A program made the position numbers and the translations under genes. A stretch of 63,920 nucleotides of DNA, the filler included, from Atractiella rhizophila (lineage: Eukaryota), in assembly GCA_021432655.1 (NCBI GenBank). It is 5 parts of 5 records of this genome, joined end to end, with 100 filler letters (N's around TTAATTAATTAA, not from the genome) between each part and the next. Parts side by side here need not be neighbours in the genome. Positions count along the whole stretch, not along the records: positions 13,026 to 25,852 come from MU271998.1; positions 25,953 to 38,778 come from MU271999.1; 3 more parts are not named here. One strand, written 5' to 3'. Below, piece by piece: positions 13,866-26,725 of the stretch; positions within the stretch are counted from its first letter, which is position 1, and each line of letters begins with the position of its first letter. The notes under the pieces are model-generated. The model saw only the letters and a list, made by a program, of their open reading frames with translations. It had not been told where the DNA came from and searched no databases.

Positions 13866-14800
13866 ACCAGAACTTAGAGAAGAGAGACACAATCGTGGCA
13901 CCTGCGGGATGAACAAAGAAGTTATCAGAGGATTGAGAGACGAGGAACTTGGCGAAAGAGCTTGGCTTTCATTCCATAGATTGTACATGTTTGTGCCTGC
14001 CACAGGTGCCGGCTCATGAAGAAGATAAAATAAGTGGCAGGCTGAATAAAATGGTGATATGAGATGAGTAAAAATGATGAGATACGTGATAATGAAAATA
14101 TGATCTGATAATACTGGAGCTAAACTCCTTCCGCTCCAGGGTCCCTTGTGTGAAAGTGTCTAAGGTGTTGGTAGGGATGGCTATTGATGGCCCAATCAAG
14201 CTGTTCATGTTGAAAAAGATAATCCAGTTCTTTTTGCACTAAGTCTTGAGGTTGAACCGTATATTCCTTGGGACTTCATTAAGTTGGCCGCCAGGTTGAT
14301 AGCTTTCTCTTTTTCTTTTTTGCTCGGCCTAGTTCTTCATCTTGAGGCTCCGAGCTGCAACCGACAGAGCAGATTCTTTGAAATATTCTCTTCGGAACAG
14401 GGCCGCAAAGTTGTCCTTGTGCTTCTCAACATCTTTCCAATCGGCATCAGAGAATACTGGCAGTTCAAAATATTTAATACCCATCCGTGGGTCTAGGACT
14501 AACAAAGCATATTTCAGCATTAACAAAATTTATTAGCAGAACAGAGGACTCACATATAGAATAAACAGGGTTGGTGTTCATACGATCAATGACATGTTTT
14601 AACGCCCCTTTTGGTTACAATCTTGTAAAAAATTGCACGCCAGAGTTCCATTCTTGCTTCAAGATTGCATTTTCGATTGAAGTAGCGATACAGATCATTT
14701 AGACAGTTCCAAAGCAAAGCAAAATGCTCTGAAAACATGAGCCCTACCATCATTCCCCCTACTATTACTCCTTCACGATGGAATTGTTCTGTCATTCCAA
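13850..14800 (-). mobile_element. Highly degenerate hAT transposase remnant
   Basis: Broken frames include LVLDPRMGIKYF..DWKD and a decayed dimerisation-like segment (NLWNE..; HPAGATIVSLFS). DNA is CpG-poor. Confidence 0.5.
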
Positions 14801-15329
14801 TTTGGCTACTAACAGTACTTTAGCTTTAGGGTTTCCTTCTCCCTTTTCTCTGGCTCCTTGTCTTTCCCTCCACTCACCCTCCAGCTCAATGCTGAATAGA
14901 GGATTGGCAGGGAATTCATAGGTTGATGTTCTTGGATGTTGCTTTGGCTCACTTACCGAATATCTAAGTGATGTCATAAGGAGGTCATGAACGCAAGCGG
15001 ATTCGAGATTGTTCTCTCATTGCTAGGCCGATGATATAGATACTAAATACATAGTATTGCAATGATTTTGAAAAGAGGAAAGCGAACAGTTGGCTGGCAG
15101 AGGTGGCTGGAGGAGGCTACGCATCCTAGAGGAAACACATCTCAATCACATACCTCCTGGCGAAATTTGGAGGTTGGAGCTACACCTCCTTGGACCTCCA
15201 GGATACGACTGGAAAGAACGTCACCTCCAAGAGATCGCACTCCGCACCATGAGAATAAGCCATTTTACTGATTAGAGGATTGACAGGACAGTTCCTATGC
15301 GGTCCATCGGCAAATTGAGTCATGAACAG

Positions 15330-16240
15330 TTGTGCGGCTCTTATTATATGGCAGAAAGCTCAACGAGTACCTCAGAGACAAGGATGGTTACCCTTACTTG
15401 GTTTTCGCTTCGGGGAAGGAAGTCTTCGCGTCACAACCGTCAATGATCCCAAGTACACTACTGACTTGTTCAAGCGCCTGCTCCGACCGCCACCGCAACC
15501 AGAATTGCCACTGAGTGCAACATGTCCAGCAAGTCTGTCTCCCATCCATCCATTTCTCTAGAAGCGCTGTCAAACAAACCGTTTCAAATAGGACAGCCCT
15601 TGACGGTCAAAGATTGGGAGGAGCTCCTTGCTGTCAAGGACAGCCTTTATAATGTAATCATCGAAATAAAGGATACAAGCAACTTGGTGGGTTGGATGGA
15701 ATTGAGGGCGGACAGCGCGAGCAGTATTCATCGAACTGCAGAGTTCAGCATTGTACTTGAGGAATGGTAGCACACTGCCTTTAACTTCAGATAGTTCTAA
15801 TGCGACAAAAATACCACGAGGTACACATCAAGCTCCCAAGGATGTAGTAGAGTACTGATGGCTACTAATGGCTCTGATCATGATCAGAAGGGAACAGGAT
15901 ATGGGAGAGAAGCTGTAGGCTGGTTGATCGAACAGGGCTTTCGAGCCTGCAATCTGCACAGAATCGAGTGTGGCGTATTAAGCTCTAACGTGGCTGCGAT
16001 CAAGCTGTATGAGTCGCTGTAAGCTTTAGCATCTTCAGCAGCGCAGCGCATGCTCTAACTAACTGGCTGAGCAGTGGTTTCAGCATTGAATGGAGACAAC
16101 AGGAGGAGTTCTGGATGCAAGGACAGTGGATAGACAGAAATCAAATGTACGTTGATTCCTCCAGCGTACCCACTAACCAGATGTACAGGGGTCTTCTCGA
16201 AAATGACTGGAAGGCGTTAAAGGAAAATAGAAGTGCTTAA
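15330..16240 (+). CDS. GNAT acetyltransferase, RimJ/RimL (Acetyltransf_3) type; 5' end uncertain
   Basis: LVGWMEL..HRTAEFSIVL, GTGYGREAVGWLIEQGFRACNLHRIECGVLSSNVAAIKLYESL, GFSIE..WMQGQWID and GLLENDW..* at 16240. Confidence 0.8.
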
Positions 16241-16620
16241 ATATCATTACGAATAGGCCCTTCTCAGATATCTGTTGCCAGCAGAAATGAGCAAACTATT
16301 ACACAAATTCTCTCAACATATGTTGCGGTGCCAGTTTTACCCAACTCCTTTGCCCACTTTGCATCAAAAATCTTCAGAACGTACCTCATCAGTACCAAAT
16401 CTACTGCGCTACTCATCTTTAAGACCCCAGTCCCAACTCAGTCATATAGCAATAGCCATATGTTCTTCTCCAGTCCAAATAACAGTCTAAGCCAAGATGG
16501 ACATGATGCTGGAAAGGTGAGATGAAAATGTTTACGTTGTGGTCCCAGTTGCTTACAGATGGTCGTCGGTCCAACAAATCTGTGCCATTCTGGTAAGACC
16601 TCTTAGCACCTGGTTGGAAA

Positions 16621-19600
16621 AATAGCCTTAGGGGAAATACGATTTTGGGGTGTGGCAGAACATAAGGTATTGCCATGGCAGATGGCAATACGAATGGCAG
16701 AAGGGCAGAACGCTAAATTGCAGTTTCAGAGGATTGTAGGCATATCTAGCAGTCAGGCAACATCATTTATTTCAAAGAAGCATATAATAAAGGGATTCCC
16801 ATGGCTCAAATGGTCAATTGAGACGGGCAGGCTTGCTTACGACATCTGATCCTGAATCTTCCGCTTTTCGAACCATCGGGAAAGCTGCAGGAATGCGTAC
16901 CACAGAAGATTACCCTCCTTCACTCCTTGAGAAGCGCTCTTCATTGCCATGTCGCTGCTGAGACTTCGCGAGATTCACTTGAAGAATTTCGTTTGTATTC
17001 CAGGGCGCCGAATCTGCGGTGCCTTGCCGACAACGACGGACTCTTCGTCATAGCTTTTGTTCCATTCTGAAGCATTGCATCGTAAGCGATGAGATCGTAG
17101 GGGTCAGAGGGTTGCGGAAGGTGCTCTCGTCCAAGTTGTATCGCTTTGGCCATTTCCTCCTTTGCCTTCTTCAACTCGAGCTGTAAGTGGGTTACAAGAT
17201 CCTCATCGGCAGATACAGCTTCCTCAAGGTCTCCAATAAGGTCTCCAATAATATCCAACTCGTTGTAATCTACGGTATTAATGTAAATAGCTTGCAAGAT
17301 CATCAATTCAATCTCCTCAATAGTTTGCATCTCCAACTCGTCTTGCCTTCCACCTTTTCTCCGTTGAAATTCTTTCCCTTCTCCTTTCTTTCTCTTGTTG
17401 TAAGTGGTCCATCACTTGATCGCGATCAATTGCTTGAGCTCGGAGACTGTAAGAGGATTGCGATCTTGAGTATGAATGCAACTGAGAACAGAAAAGGTAC
17501 TTTCAACAACCCCAGCATGTGGAACCATGCTGAAGATGTGAATGGCGACGGAAATGAGTGGATATTGCGATGGAGGAAGAGCCAATTCCTCCCAATACTT
17601 CAGAGCATTAAGGGAGGTTTCCGCAAACTTCGCCTCAAAGTCATGATACTTGTCGACATTGTTGCAAAGAAGGACGGAGGCTTTGCTGGAAAGCTTTCAG
17701 TGCTCCGCAAGTCAAAGTAAGCAGGATTTGACATCGGTGAGGTTGCGAGAATTCGCTACACGTCGGGAGACGGCAATTCCATGGCACATTGGATGAAGGT
17801 AAAGGGTGATGAAAAGGAGGTCAGAATTGATGGCGTGGAACTGGTTCTTGAAACACGAAACTGCATACTCAATGAATAAGTTCTCCCAGCCGATATTGGG
17901 GTCTTCCTCTTGCTCCAAATCCATTTGATCGAAGTGCTTTGCAAGACGAAGCAGCTCAAGCACAACATCGGCTAATGTGCAGTCGGACCTCTCCAGCTTT
18001 CCAATCGTATCAACTACAGGACCAACAACACGGAGAAGGAGCTTGTTCGCTGGGAAGAAGGAGATACAACGCCGTGCCGTGAGGACATCGGCATTGATAC
18101 CCATTCCCTTGCAATCTGTTGCCTCTGAATGCATGCTAATCTTTCCGAAAGCAGACCTAATACCAACATTTACATTAGTGGATCTGTGAGTAAGTGAAAA
18201 GATAGACATCATACTCATGACCAATAAGAAGAGCACGGAGGAGATGTCCAAAATAGTACCATCTTGTTGTGACTTCACTTCTCAAGCCACAGGTAACATT
18301 CTCAAGCTTGCATACGTCGCCTAATCTGTCCAATATGAGAAGTTGTAAAAAAGCGAATAATAGCAGAATTTTCTTTAATAAGTGTGGAAGCTTCGACAAA
18401 ACTACAAATATCATGCATCAAAACAGCGAAGTGATGCAGAGAACATGGCCCAATGAGCAATGAAGGATGTTCATTCTCAAGATCTGCCTGTAACTTTACC
18501 ATTGTAGAAGGTGAATCCGTAAACAGAGAAGAAACAGAACTCCAGCTCTAACGATTGATTCATTAACAAACTGTTGCAGACAGGAAGCAGTATGATGGAT
18601 ATCACTGAGATCTTGGAGCTCGAGGATAATAGGATCATGCCCTTTTACCGTTACAAGCAATAGGTAAATGGATCTCTTCTGCTGATCTTCTCATCCGTCA
18701 TGGCCAAGACTGATGTTGTCGGCTGTCTTTAGAATCTCTATGTTTTCTTTTGAATGTCAGCATAGAGCTCTGTTAACAGATCTGTTCTGAATGCTGTTTC
18801 TTCAAGCATGCTATAGTTTGGTTGAATACTATTCACCCATCAGTGAAAGAATGGGTTATTAACAAGTGAAAATGATACTGAAGTGTCTATCATTGCAAGG
18901 AGCAGTCTCTTGTCATGCATCTGGGCAACAGATTTTGGAAAGGGGTCAATGATAAGAAGGCTGCCCCGAATAGAAGGAGTGTCTTTTGCTATTTTAGAAA
19001 GTGATGGGATGACTTTGATTGTGATCCCTTTGAAGAAACTTGCTGTGTAGAATCTGGCAAAGATAGAAGAAGTAGAACTCCCGCGTGAAATTCGTTGAGA
19101 GTCTCGGAAACTGGGGCTAGAGTAATTTCGATAATGTCGGGATCTAAATCTGAAGTCACATCTCCAGTGCCGTGCATCATATTGAAGTTGACACAATATT
19201 CCTGATCTTCTGGGCTGATCTTCAAACAACTGTTGGCAAGGTGTTCTTTGACAATGTTTGTCTGACTCTCGAATTCTTTGTTGCATGCTGTACATTTGAC
19301 GCAGTCTACAGGAAACTCAAGGTTACATTCCATTCTATTACAAAGTTCTGCAGGTAAAACTCACAGCGATTGTTCTTGGGATTCTGGCTAACACGAAGGA
19401 AATATTTTGCAGTGAGTGGATGCTCTTGTTTTGGCATTGTCGTAACGTGGTCGATTCGAAAAGAACAGCACGAGACAAAACAATTACGATAAAAATAGAG
19501 CACCTCAAAAAAATTTCAAAGTTAAGCTCAAAATTAAGCTCCCAAAATTGCCGTGGCAACTAACCAATGTGGCCGCCTGACTGGCAGAACAGTGGCAGCA

Positions 19601-19674
19601 CAACAAAGTCGCTGTGGCAGAACGTTGGCAATACCTTAATGGCAGAACGGTAAGGTATTACCCCACGCGCTATT
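16621..19674 (-). mobile_element. hAT DNA transposon (DUF659-type), defective, with imperfect TIRs
   Basis: Left end AATAGCCTTAGGGGAAATAC versus reverse complement of right end AATAGCGCGTGGGGTAATAC. Clustered TGGCAGAAC-like subterminal repeats at both ends. No TSD seen. Confidence 0.8.
16941..19437 (-). pseudogene. hAT transposase pseudogene (BED finger, DUF659, C-terminal dimerisation domain)
   Basis: VKCTACNKEF..KEHLANSC (BED), SFSLVNNPFF, FTDSPSTM, GPCSLHHF, TTRWYY, LYLHP, LKYWEEL and PHAGVVESTFS. Many stops and frameshifts. Confidence 0.85.
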
Positions 19675-19919
19675 CCGTGAGCTGCTTCATCTCGACTGAA
19701 GGCTGGTGGGTGACGGGAAAATGGGTCTGAAGGGCTCATCTGTACGTCGAAGTTGCGGGTGATGGGATGCGTGGGGATGTACGCTTCACACTATGCAACA
19801 AACATGTATTCACAATAAGGCAGAGGCTAGGGAGCCTTAAGAGTGTAAATCAAGCAATTTGAGCAACAAAACAAACAAAAAAGCAGACAATTTCAACGCT
19901 GAGACAGAAAATTGATATA

Positions 19920-22765
19920 TCAAGCCTCTTTGGCAATTGCGGCCTGAGCCGTTTTGAACTTCCTCGTCTTCCGATCCCTCTCTAGGCACAATTGAACCTT
20001 AAGAATCATGAACGCTTGAATGGTGTCCGGTTTGAGGTGTGCACGGCAGATTCCAATAGTGTCACGAGCTCTCCTGAAGACGCTTTCAACAGCCACGGAA
20101 CAGCCTGCATAGCGAAGACTTATTAGCCCAGTAATGGATATGAGAAAGAAAGAGAAAAACAACCTGGAATGGAGAGTATATCCCGGGCCATCTGTGACCA
20201 CTCTTTGAGATCTGTCATCAACTGTGTACGATAAACCTCCAGTGATCTGACTGAACCATAGGTTTGGTCGGTGGTCCTCATCTTCTTGATTCACCAAACT
20301 TATGCATTGTTGAGCCTTCTGCATAAGTTTAGTTGAATACGACATTGGGGTATGTTCATCATCTTGCTTGAAGGATTCAGGAGGGGAGCAACTGTCAGAA
20401 GGTGGCGCACGACATTTACAAAGGTAGTTGATCTTGAAATGCTCAATTAAGTCCGCTTTGCTCGCCGCAATCGCATCCCTGTGTTTATCAAATATTGGGC
20501 TTGCAAGGAAGCAATGGTAATGGTTGAGGCGAGGGCCGAGAACTGATGGCTGCAAGTCAAAGAAAGAGAAGCGTAGGCAAGGGAAAAAGCACTTACAAAC
20601 AGACCAAAGAGGTAAGGAGATTGATCCAAGAGTGTGTTGTAGGTGCTCAGTTTTGTATGAGCCTTCACCAACGTTCGAGCAGTCGGGACTCAATTCCTTC
20701 GATGGCGGTCGTGTTGTTCGATGTGCCATCTCCCGTAATACATCCTAGCTGTAAGCATTCATTGAGCTAATGCCCACTGTGTAAAAAAACAGCTGTACAG
20801 ACCTGCCGATCAATCCCATAGTTGTCAACTGTCTTCATGATTGCATCTGTAATGGCATTGCCAGTATGCGCTCCTTCAATCTCCAGCACCCAGTCTTTGT
20901 TGATGAACAAAGCAAAGATTGTGAGAATGGCATAGCAGTTATCGGAGGTCCACAGATCTTGAACAAGGTGAATCTTTGTATCGAGGGCCTAGAAACTGCA
21001 ATGAGCACCGAAGCAACACAGATAGCTAAAGTATTACCTAAAGGTGTTCTCCGAAACACTCCTTAGTATCCTTAGCCATTGACAACACCTTCCTCTTAAT
21101 AGTTTCACGGCTTAGCAGTTTAAGACCTTTTTTTCTTCATCAACTTCCATGACTGCTTGATCACTGGCTACCAAATCATCCTCATCTGGGATAGGACCAT
21201 CCTGTGGAAGTGGTATTTCTTGCTCCTTGGAGATAGGAAGTGTCCACTGAAGGTACAGAAGAAGGTTGAGGAATTCGATGGAGGTGACGGACGTGAAGGG
21301 CTGGTTGGTTCTGACAATGTATTTGAAGAGGAGATCATCGAATATCTGTTGATTAAATGCCTACACAAAGTCAGAAGTAGTAAAAAGGCTCTACTACATC
21401 ACTCACCCGCCTCTTATACTCGTCTGCCATCCGGTTCATCATTGCTTGGCGACGAGAAGTTTATCAACTGAAACACATAGGTGATAAGAAAGAATTCTGA
21501 ATGTAAAGTAAGAGCATACTTTTAACTGTTGCTTTTTCATTGTGGACATGGGAGTAGTTGTGCCATTCTGTAAACATGTTCAGTCATTTGAGACCGCTGA
21601 ATTGAAGCAACAGACCTGGCCACGCTTCTTCGACCTCTTCGTTGTTTTTGTGGGCAGCATCTCAGCCAGCTTCCGATTTGACACCACCTCCTCCACCTTG
21701 TTGGCATCATCATCCTTACCATCCCCCATCTCCTCAGCATCGTCCTCTCCTGCAGACAGCACGAATAGGTGCCCAGCACCACCAATCTCATCCACTACTA
21801 GATCTCCAACCAGGACAATGTGGAAGTGAACAGTGACCACACATAATCAAGCCTTCTGGGACTTTACGAGGTACGAGGGAATACCATAATTTTCTCACTT
21901 TCGCATAATCCATCCCAGAGAACTTTGAGGCTTCGGAGACCGTGTCGAAACCAGAATCGGACGAAGACTGATGACGGTATCCAGAGAACGAACGATGAAA
22001 TGGGCAGTCATTGTCTTCATCCTTGCAGGAGAGCATTGCCTTGAGGTTCTCACAAGTCTTATAAAGCCAAAATGTAGCCTAATACAGAGATCAGTTAAAA
22101 TTAAAGAGAGTGTGAGAGCAGAACAATGTACATAGTCCTTATCTTGTCGTACAGTTGTGGCAGACGACATCAACACTTCAAGCTCTCGTAACCAGGAATA
22201 GTCAAGTCCCTGGCCCAAACAAAGTCAACACCGCACATCATATTGAAAGATGAAAGGACTGGCATACGCTTCTCACTCCCACTTCTTTCTTTCTGCCTCA
22301 CTAAAAGCAGTCCCATCTTCATTATTCCTCTTCACCCTATCCACCAGTTCGATTTGCTGAATTGACTTCGTTGATGCCATCGTGGTCAAGGAATAGCAAT
22401 GCGTTGAGGGTGACTGTGGGAGGGCTGAGCGCCTTTTATCGTCATTTTGGCTGGGGTTTGGAGGTGGACACATTGATAGCCAGTTATCTGGTTGAAGCCT
22501 GCTCGCTTTTGGGGTTGGAATATTCTCGAGATGGGGTTACCCAGAGAATCCGAAACATCAGTTCGAAAGGAGGCGTGGTCGCGACTGCCATCCGACTGTA
22601 CAATAAGCGGGAGACGGGTCTGTTTGGGGTGGACCTACCGGACGTCTTGCCGTCCGTGCACAGGCACGGGTGGGTAGGAGCTGCTTGATTCTGGTTCAAC
22701 GTCAGTCAAAATTGGCGGGTATCCCACACGGGTGCCAAACCCATGACGTACCGGGTGCATCACTA
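19920..22765 (-). mobile_element. Second defective hAT element with one visible terminus
   Basis: Dimerisation motif GCSVAVESVFRRARDTIGICRAHLKPDTIQAFMILK and DLWTSDNCYAI catalytic-region motif. Right terminus reads TAGTGATGCACCCGG on the minus strand (from 22765) with ACCCG repeats. The matching left TIR was not found. Confidence 0.75.
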
Positions 22766-23016
22766 ACATTGTCATTGTCGAGGTGTGTTTGAACAGAGAC
22801 CTGCGAGATTGTTAACTTGAAGGATTTTGCTCCACGTGCCTTCAAAAAAAGGTCACTAGTGACTCATTCATGTTACGACAATATGAAATTCAGAAGCACT
22901 CAGTATCTGGGGTAGTACACGAAGTCAGAGAAGGAACCTAGATGCCACAGGCAGGAGACGGACAAACTGAAGAGAAAAGAGAAGAGAGAAGAGAGAAAAA
23001 AGAAACACGTAGCAGC

Positions 23017-25157
23017 CTACTGAGCACTCAAATGCGCTGGAACTCTTTGACGGGAGCTGATGACCTCTAAAATCCTCACAAACTCAGGTAAAATCTCACC
23101 GAGTCTACAATTTCTCGCATGGCTCCTCAACTGTGCAGGGCTCTTCGGGAAAGGCGGCAAATCGAGGACATCATCGTTCTCTTCCACCTCCAAACCCTTC
23201 ATGTCCCCTTCTCGAAACCACATGAAGCCCCTCCCACATCGACAGCTTGAGGCATGAGCAAAGACGATACCGTAGACCCAAGCGCTACGTAATTTCCTCT
23301 CGACCATGGGTAGACTTTATCCCCCCGAAAGAGGACGGTAGGATAGATGTGGGCGCGGAGGAAGATGTGGTTTGGATTCGAATCTTGGTATTGGTTCTCG
23401 GTGATTCGGGTGATTCGAGAGACTTCGCGTTCAAGGTAGAGGTCCATACCCCGTTGTAAGTGGATGCACCCTGGTTCTCGTGGGAAGGCTCGGATTTTTT
23501 GAGAAAATATTTCGAGGGGAAAAGAGGAGTGTTCTTCAGAATTCCTGTCGACCAAATTAAAGGTTTGATCATCGGGGATGAGAGGTTGGATAGATGTGTC
23601 AGGTGGAATCGAGGTTGAGGTGCTTGTTGAGGTGGAGGAGGTGGAAACAGTTAGCCACTCGTGGGCGACGAAGCCTGTGTTTGTGTCTTCAGCGACGAGA
23701 AGTTGGTCAGGTGCAGAGGGCCGCGTCGGGGTTGAGAAGGTGTTAGAGGGTACGGAAAAGGTGGGACAGCCTGGCTCCTCTAGAAAAGGGTGATCGACGA
23801 AATTCAAGCTGTTGCCCTCAGAGGCGAGAAATTGTTCTGGTGCAGAAGGGGGAGGTGACGTTGAGTCAAAGTTAGGCAACGCGGAAGAGTAGGGTAACTG
23901 TTGAGGAAGAATGAAAGCAGTGATTTCTTCTGTTTAGAGTTAGTCATTTCTCTATGAGCCAGTAGTGAGATAGTATTACCGCATGAGCCAATCGACAAAA
24001 TTAGGGCTTGAATCTGGCCCATTATTGTGTTGTATCGCTCCACATCTAAATGTGGTCAGATCACTTGAAACAGGGGAGAGAAAGCTCACCCTGAATGCGA
24101 AGTAGGAAGAGTTGAATGGCAATGGGATCCCATGGGGGATTTGAATATTCCATATTTGAGATGTGTGCAAGTTTTGAGTTGCCGTATGCAATACGATGGA
24201 GTAAAAATTCTTGTTCTGATCAGGTTCTGGAGCGTTTGCAGTCTCAGTTGGGTACGAGGACAGTTTTCGGACAGGGGTTTTTCGTCCAACCTGTAAGGGG
24301 CGATAGTGTGGCGGTCTCTATCCCCCATGTTTGCGACATCGGCATCTGCGAAGGTGTTGCCATGTTGTCTGTGATATCGCGGAGGGATCAAAGCGGCATG
24401 CTCCGATGAATCTGATTCATTGGATGTATGCGATGGGCCCCAGTCTATGAAAAACCGTTCACTGTCGTCTTTTTTGACGAGACCTGGTCTCCGTCTTAAT
24501 AGTAGGATGGACGTGGATGACTTACCGTCCCTTTGATTTCTTCTCCTCAACCAGTTGTGACATGCTGATGGCAGCTCTGCAGAACCATCTTTCAAAACTT
24601 TGGGATGTTGTATCACCATTTGGCGTCCCAAACCGCCGGGCGGGTTGTCGAAACTGCGATTATGGAAGCCAGGACTCCCAGGTTGTTGGCCGTAGTATCC
24701 CGGAGGGGGAGCAGGTGGGTAGAAAGGGTATTGATTCGGATCTTCAGGGATGTCAACGGACAGTCCGTCCCTGATTCCTTTCAGCGTAAGAAGGAATCGA
24801 ATGCAAGACCGGGGAAGGGCTTCACCTGATGCGACTGTAATGGACGAAAATTTCTGCAGCGGAGATCGGGGGCGAAATGTTGAGGCCGATGATGAAGCCA
24901 TATCCTATTTCGCGGTATCAAACCTATCTTCTCTGGGATAAACGATGCATACCCCTTTCGCAGTCGAAGAACTTGCATTTACCCCTTCTGCGTCCACCTG
25001 GGGCGCTAGGAACAGAGCTGACCCTCCTTGCGCCACCGTCTCTGTTGTCATACATTCCAGCTGGAGGTCTCATCTGAAAAAAATCATACTTGAGCCCTAT
25101 ACGTGAGGACACTGATGATCTACTCACTTTATTCTTCCTTGTGAGGGCAGAGGACAT
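23017..25157 (-). CDS. Hypothetical multi-exon protein(s), Pro/Ser-rich, possibly degenerate
   Basis: Long ORFs 24086-24901 and 23199-23879 with splice-like borders; no recognisable domain. Confidence 0.4.
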
Positions 25158-25852
25158 AGAACTTGGGCGAAAAGATAGAAAGAGCAAGTCAAAGAGAAAA
25201 GCAATAGGGGTTGGTTGATATAAGAATTCGGCAGAGTTCATGAGATGAGGATATGAGTGAGAGCACTTGAGATACGGCCGTGACCTTGGGATTTCGAAAC
25301 CCTCGACGGCGGTTATAAGATACAGAGTGACGAGTAAAGTTTCTTGATCCTTATTGGTCGTACCTCTTGGGCAAACCGAATAAAAAAGTGACAGGTCCTT
25401 CAGCAGAGAGGATAGGAGGGAGAGGAGTTGCTGTCTAGCATGTTGAAATAACGTCTTCGAGAAAGAGAGTATTAGTGAGGATCCACCTTTATAAGTGTTC
25501 AGGAGACGAACGCAATGCGTTTGCGATCTCGGTCAAGCAGGTGAACAAACCAGTTCAGACCTCGATCTATGAACTAGTTGTCATATACTTTACCATGGAT
25601 ACATAACTATAACGTGTGACACGTTGAGGTGTTGGCCGCAGCTGCAGACTCCTCCAGAGCTTCATCAGCTTCTGTTGAAGAGGGACTGGGGACTGTCATG
25701 AGGTGAGCAGAAAGTAATGGGCAGGCTAAATCACGGGGGACAAAATTCGTTCATAACCCGTAGCCAGATTTTTCGGCTCCGGATAATATCTCCACCTCTG
25801 ACAATCCCCCTTGGCAACGTGCCTCAATCTCAGGCTGCCTACGCTAGACAGG

Positions 25853-25952
25853 NNNNNNNNNNNNNNNNNNNNNNNNNNNNNNNNNNNNNNNNNNNNTTAA
25901 TTAATTAANNNNNNNNNNNNNNNNNNNNNNNNNNNNNNNNNNNNNNNNNNNN
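25853..25952. other. Artificial 100-bp contig join
   Basis: N run with TTAATTAATTAA. Confidence 0.97.
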
Positions 25953-26725
25953 GTGAATCGCGAGAGTACTGCCAGATGCCGTCACTCTGACATTCTTCGG
26001 TCAAAGGGAATAAGGAAAACAAACAGTTTCTGAGGGTGAACACGGCCGGGTCAGCCAAAATCACGAAAGGAGGATGTGAAGAGAGACGCACGATTTTCCG
26101 ACACCGGAATCGCCTTTTACACATTCAGAGCATTAACACAATTTTGTTATAGAGGACAGAGAAGCAGTACCAATAAGCACAATCTATAGCGAAGTCAACA
26201 TCAACTCTGCCCCTTGTCCCGCTCAAGTTCCGCTGAGGAGATGACGCACCTTGAAAAGATAATCGTAGTCACTCATTCTGTCTTGTTCTTTACAAAATTA
26301 TTTGCTACTCGATCTGTGTATTTCTGAGGCTTGAATATCTTGAAACTCGTCGCTGTCGGTTGCTGGCGTGGTCGAAGGAGTGAAACAAGGGGCTGAGAAA
26401 GTTCTTAGGGGGCTTGGATCTAGTGCCAGTTGCTGCGGTTCCCGAACCACAGTTTTCCTGCTCTACGGTGTTGGCGTTCAACCTATACTGCGTGCTCACA
26501 ACTTGAGGGTTTCAGGTGCGGTTGTTCGATCTAGTTCGATCCATGTTTCGGTGGAGGAGGACGCGATGAACATCGATAATCGAAATTCAAGCTTTCAAAG
26601 TTGACAGAATGAAGTCTTGGAGCACTGCCCTCCGTATACGTTCATATATCTACTCTGGATAGGCAATTCTTCTACAACTATCTCTTTCTCTGAGGCGACG
26701 CCGTACTACTTCTGCCGCCTGTGAT

